This document shows, piece after piece, positions 60,701-64,000 of a stretch of 64,000 nucleotides of DNA. The notes under the pieces are model-generated. The model saw nothing but the letters and a program-made list of their open reading frames with translations, had not been told where the DNA came from and ran no database searches. Source of the DNA: Setoptus koraiensis (Eukaryota; Animalia; Arthropoda); the NCBI GenBank assembly GCA_048013815.1, contig CM106586.1, forward strand, positions 14,570,001-14,634,000. The letters run 5' to 3'. Each line of letters begins with the position of its first letter. Position 1 is the stretch's first letter. Position numbers and translations under genes: made by a program.

Positions 60701-62156
60701 AATTCTACATCTCATTTAACCAAATCAAATCAATCACTGTGCGCGATATATAGCTACTGAGCGCGCTAGAGGCCACCCTCAACAAGTTGTCGCGCTACGA
60801 CGAGGGCTCCCTCTTGGCGCCCATCCTGTCGCTTACGGTAAGTGATTACGCTGACGTAACACTGATTAATGCTGGCTAAGTAATTAGTCGGTAGGCACAT
60901 AATTGACTAATTAACGAGCACATGTAGACTAATGAATTGTCACGTAATGTTCATGTCATGTTACATAATGTACGCACTAATCACACAACTACCATTATTG
61001 ATTCGAAATAAAACAAACAAATTTCAACTGATCCAATAACAGTACAAACAGGGCATGTCTAGCTCTGGCAGGGACATAAGCAAACTGTACATAACATTCG
61101 TGTCCAACAGTTGCGAACAAATGCGCCAAAAGATCAACGACGAGCTCTGGGTGATCAACCTGTTCGAGGTGAGTAGTGATAGTCCATGTAGATCCATGAG
61201 TCATTGGCTCACCAAGTTACTCTACTCATCAATTAGCAGCACTCATTAATTAACCTAAAAACCAAACATTTAATTCGATCAATCAACCCGTCCATCGGCA
61301 CTGATTTTGGCGCCTGGGCACGCGCTGTCCGTCGGTCTCGGCAACAACGCGTGCCAACAACGCGTGCCAACAACGACGCCCACGACAACAGCAATGGTAC
61401 GCCGCTCAGATGACCATTCTGTGCACTTGGCTGAGCGAAAGGATCGATCACAGTCTTCACAGTGTCCAGTTGGTGGCGCTGTCGAGCATATTGCACAAGC
61501 TGCATTTGGACATGTCGCTGCAGGGTCTGGCCGAGGACAAACTGAATTTAAAGTCGTTTCAGACCATCGTTAGCCGGCTAAAGGTGGAGGAAACCGCAGC
61601 CTCGTTGGGCGGCACCGCGCCAGAGGGCGCCACGACCATCACCTCAAATCTGTTGTCTTCGTTGGCGGCCAACACTCAAAAATATCACCAGCCGACGGGC
61701 GGCGCCGCCGGCGCCGGCCCGCAGCCCGGCGGCCAACAAGCGGACAGCTCGCTGGACAGCAACTCGGTCACTTCTTTCATGACAAACAACAACACAGCAC
61801 AGCCAACAGGTGATAGCAGCACAACAAGTCAGGGCAGTCAATTGTTTCAGGCCACTTCGTCCATTATTAATAATCCCCTAAACAGTCTAACCAGTTTGGC
61901 CAACATAGGATTTGCGCGGGCGGGCAGCGGCAGCACCACGGCCAGCAGCAGCAGCGCCGGCACGAACACCGGCGCCGACCAGCAGCAACAATTTTCTCTG
62001 GCCAACCATTTGCCAAATCAGTATCAACGCCAGCAGCAGCAGCACCAATTCGCCTCCATGGCGCCGGACCAGAACGCGCCGCAAGCGCCCGACAACAACA
62101 TCGCCGACCGGGCGCTCCAGTCGGCCACGCGCATGTTCGAGCGGCTGTGGCAGTGA
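24635..62156 (+). CDS. CADPS: Calcium-dependent secretion activator CAPS/UNC-31, join(24635-25648, 38183-38650, 41061-41141, 41366-41535, 57108-60096, 60324-60398, 60754-60837, 61052-61168, 61392-62156), ~1,920 aa
   Basis: All eight introns are GT-AG with compatible phases. The spliced length is 5,763 nt, a multiple of 3, and the product is collinear with the CAPS N-terminal region, C2, PH and MUN domains. Confidence 0.96.
27501..27750. repeat. Two degenerate ~10-bp T-tract minisatellites (27501-27570 and 27671-27750)
   Basis: tcactttttg / ccattttttg / ccgcttttcg blocks in exact 10-bp register, then tgccaRYttt-type units. Confidence 0.85.
27959..28252 (-). CDS. Nested antisense ORF (97 aa) in CADPS intron 1; possibly a frameshifted small gene or TE fragment
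   Basis: aaagatATG start in an AT-rich island; acidic N-terminus. A shifted frame continues as the coiled-coil-like [28 protein letters not shown] to ~27893. Confidence 0.35.
   Translation of the reverse strand: MEQLLNNYRIMDDQLAYLDILSLQPEFNIQEVWSFVPAETNQSQNSLYPMVDPNEVCPMQPITDEVCSPKARASSSKMEVKHSALHCQQKQGISSRN
28339..28532. mobile_element. 194-bp MITE with perfect 15-bp TIRs and TA target-site duplication
   Basis: GGGTAGGGCAAATCG (28339-28353) and CGATTTGCCCTACCC (28518-28532), flanked by TA at 28337-38 and 28533-34. The empty site reconstructs to the palindrome AGTACT. Confidence 0.8.
30970..31067. repeat. Compound (AAC/AGC)n repeat
   Basis: Read directly. Confidence 0.9.
31644..31745. repeat. 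20-bp (2x10) minisatellite aacgcaaaag-aacgcgaRcg
   Basis: About five 20-bp units in exact register. Confidence 0.93.
35211..35265. repeat. 10-bp tandem repeat RagttYggat x5
   Basis: aagttcggat aagttcggat gagtttggat gagttcggat gagttcggat aagtt. Confidence 0.95.
38183..38650 (+). CDS. CADPS: CADPS coding exon 2
   Basis: Acceptor ttttaccgtAG; [13 protein letters not shown]...[17 protein letters not shown]...[30 protein letters not shown]; donor GTGAGT at 38651. Confidence 0.95.
39141..39180. repeat. 10-bp tandem repeat actgcgaaac x4
   Basis: Read directly. Confidence 0.95.
39671..39807. repeat. (GACAACAAC)n 9-bp repeat in CADPS intron 2
   Basis: Long near-perfect array; it generates the spurious poly-ND, poly-V and LLS ORFs in the track. 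Confidence 0.97.
41061..41141 (+). CDS. CADPS: CADPS coding exon 3 (81 nt, absent from the ORF track)
   Basis: [27 protein letters not shown] matches [22 protein letters not shown]; acceptor cacacAG, donor GTAATA. Confidence 0.95.
41366..41535 (+). CDS. CADPS: CADPS coding exon 4
   Basis: [37 protein letters not shown]; acceptor tgccAG; donor AG|GTGAGT, phase 2. Confidence 0.95.
42152..42189. repeat. (CA)n microsatellite
   Basis: Read directly. Confidence 0.97.
42847..42923. repeat. 14-bp tandem repeat ctctgttgtaRcgg x5.5
   Basis: Read directly. Confidence 0.95.
47705..47785. repeat. ~18-20-bp T-tract repeat (T)n-gccctgtYgta x4
   Basis: Four units with variable T-run length. Confidence 0.85.
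48361..48418. repeat. 24-bp tandem repeat x2.4
   Basis: tttggccccactgtcggctgccgg x2 plus tttggcccca. Confidence 0.95.
51737..51870. repeat. (TC)n microsatellite (51737-51793) grading into a 10-bp tRgctcYctc array (51801-51870)
   Basis: Read directly; seven 10-bp blocks in register. Confidence 0.95.
53925..54078. repeat. Compound (AAC)n repeat with ggtaacagc spacers
   Basis: Read directly. Confidence 0.93.
56379..56469. repeat. ~21-bp then ~10-bp degenerate repeats (caaaatgtgccaatt.., ccaaattgg)
   Basis: Read directly. Confidence 0.8.
57108..60096 (+). CDS. CADPS: CADPS coding exon 5 (2,989 nt; C2, PH and most of MUN)
   Basis: The phase-2 join gives RRYNNR-SQASL. Motifs [104 protein letters not shown]; donor ACG|GTGAGT. 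Confidence 0.97.
60324..60398 (+). CDS. CADPS: CADPS coding exon 6
   Basis: [25 protein letters not shown] matches CAPS HQYHSKIDELIEETVKEM; donor GTTAGT. Confidence 0.92.
60754..60837 (+). CDS. CADPS: CADPS coding exon 7
   Basis: [28 protein letters not shown] contains the KLSRYDEG motif; donor GTAAGT. Confidence 0.95.
61052..61168 (+). CDS. CADPS: CADPS coding exon 8 (alternative in-frame acceptor at 61043)
   Basis: [39 protein letters not shown]; donor GTGAGT at 61169. Confidence 0.9.
61392..62156 (+). CDS. CADPS: CADPS terminal coding exon 9
   Basis: [23 protein letters not shown]...LQG...[11 protein letters not shown], then a long low-complexity tail to TGA. Confidence 0.95.
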   Translation, partial: QWYAAQMTILCTWLSERIDHSLHSVQLVALSSILHKLHLDMSLQGLAEDKLNLKSFQTIVSRLKVEETAASLGGTAPEGATTITSNLLSSLAANTQKYHQPTGGAAGAGPQPGGQQADSSLDSNSVTSFMTNNNTAQPTGDSSTTSQGSQLFQATSSIINNPLNSLTSLANIGFARAGSGSTTASSSSAGTNTGADQQQQFSLANHLPNQYQRQQQQHQFASMAPDQNAPQAPDNNIADRALQSATRMFERLWQ

Positions 62157-64000
62157 GGGGCGCCGCGCTCCGCGCTAGGCCGGCCCGAGCCGACGCGAGC
62201 TGATGGGAGGCGACGGGAGCTGATGAGAGGCGACGGGAGCGGCCCGTGCCACAGGCCCGTATTATAAGCACAGTGACAGTCTGTCACTGACAGGTGACCG
62301 GCTGACAGGCGAGTGGCGCCGTTTGACAGTTGTGACACTCGTGACGGACGCAACAAGTGCAATTGCAATTGCAGGTTACGCAACACACGCTATACTATAG
62401 CGGCTATAGTTGATATGCTGCGCAGTGCGCTTGTTGAGTGCGATATGGCCGTAGTGTGGCGCACGATAATGCGCACAATGGTGCATGTAAAATACAATTT
62501 AATATATATATATATATATATGATGTAATAGCAGCGAATGCAAAGCGGAAAATAAATGATGAATAATCGAGTTAAATCGAGCAACTGTGTAGAACAAATA
62601 AACAAATAAACAAATAACGCGCACGCCGTGTCCCCGTTAGCCACTTACGCAACAAGTGCACCAGACAAACGCACCGTCGACGAGCAACAAACAAGCTAAT
62701 TGGCAAGTGTAATTGGCAGTCGTAATGGGCAATCGTATAATAGTGAGCGATGGTAACAGGCAATTGTAAACAAACGAGCGCGACAAACAAGCAACGTAAA
62801 CAACGGACTTACGTAAGCAGCGAGTCTGCTGTTGTTGAGTGACAAACTGAGCTGACAGTTGCGCAAGTGACAAGTGATTAAGTTTGATTGTGAGTTCAAG
62901 TGACTCGACTGACACTGATGACATTGTGAGCGGCTCAATTCGTGCTGCTGGCATTATAATATCGGTATTGTCAGTCAGATGTACAAATCGACTGACAATA
63001 CATTGTGAGTCGCTGGTGGTGAGCCGAAGGGATTGTCGCAATTATTGTGTTCGCTGACATTAATGTGACATTATTGTTATTTTATTCACTGACAGAGATT
63101 GCGAGCCAATCGATGATGTCGACGATGATGATACCGATTCGACGCAATTGACACAATAAACGCTTGCCTGTGTCGACTGGCACACACTGGCACACACCAA
63201 CGGGGGCCGGACGTAATGACGGCTGCCCGTTGGGCCGGATCTGGCACAGGTACCATCACTCAGGCAGCCAGCGAGCGTGTGAGATGGAGTGTGAAATGGA
63301 GTTCAACTTCCGCATTTTCGCGCATCAGCCCACTGCGGCGGCACATGTGCGCCGTCGGGCCGGCGCTGTGCGCCGGCCGGGATGAGCCGCACTCGGTCGG
63401 GCTGCCCGAGTGATGTTACCTGTGCCAGACTCTTTGGAAGGCGAAACGGCGCAAAGGCCGGCTAACGGCCGGCGTCGTCATTATTATTATTACACAGTGA
63501 GTGTGTGTATTGCACAGTGTGGCTGACAATTGTGTGAGCCACTGACATTACGCAACACATACAACGTCTTGCATGCGACAGGTTGCCAGTGCGCCGGCCG
63601 AAACAACAATTGCATTACGTCAGTGGCGAGCGTTGGGCAAGGGCGGCCGCCGAGCGCAGTGTGTCACGTTTGTCAGAACTGGCTGGCCCGATTATGTGGC
63701 CGGTGTCGTCGCATTGAGTGGTATTGGGTCGCTGCGAGTCGTTGCGAGTCGTTGTGAGCCGGGCAATAATGCAGTTGGATATAATATGATATTATTGAAC
63801 ATTGTAGCAGCTCTCTGACATGCGCTATCGTGACGCCAGGCACCGGCGAGCGAGCGATTGAGACAATTGAATGATGCCAATGATGATGCCGCCGTTGGCG
63901 CTGTTGCGCAACAGTTGCACTTGTCGTTGTTGCCGTCAGTGTTGTTGTCGTTGTTGTCGCTGTTGTTGTTTTCAGTGTTGCTGTCGCTGTTGTTGTTGTG

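Noticed and set aside
61120-61391. A-to-I recoding near KINDELW (mammalian CAPS1 is recoded E1250G in this C-terminal region)
   Set aside because: No complementary editing-site sequence was found in introns 7 or 8 by eye. It would need an RNA versus DNA comparison.

Overview
This is eukaryotic (animal) genomic DNA with no prokaryotic features. It is most likely from a streamlined, intron-poor arthropod such as an eriophyoid-type mite; that is an inference from intronless copies of normally intron-rich genes. The left ~23 kb is gene-dense. It holds the 3' part of an unnamed membrane-protein gene, then intronless YAE1, mRpL36, SMARCD/Bap60 and Nup85. These are followed by an orphan prohormone-like secreted protein, an orphan 531-aa secreted protein built from two copies of an unrecognised helical domain, and an intronless ABCG half-transporter. 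Two decayed Ty3/gypsy-like integrase relics lie among the latter genes. The right ~40 kb is a single gene, CADPS/CAPS (unc-31), which I reconstructed as 9 coding exons (24635-62156, about 1,920 aa). It has two giant introns (12.5 and 15.6 kb) filled with micro/minisatellites, a TA-flanked MITE and a nested antisense ORF. The most unusual signals are: (i) most CADPS 3' splice sites are A/C-rich and lack a polypyrimidine tract, although protein homology fixes the junctions; (ii) the palindrome GGGCCC is strongly enriched in the CADPS non-coding DNA; (iii) the two orphan secreted proteins; (iv) unrelated minisatellites share a 10-bp period. All homology calls come from remembered family motifs. 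No database search was run.
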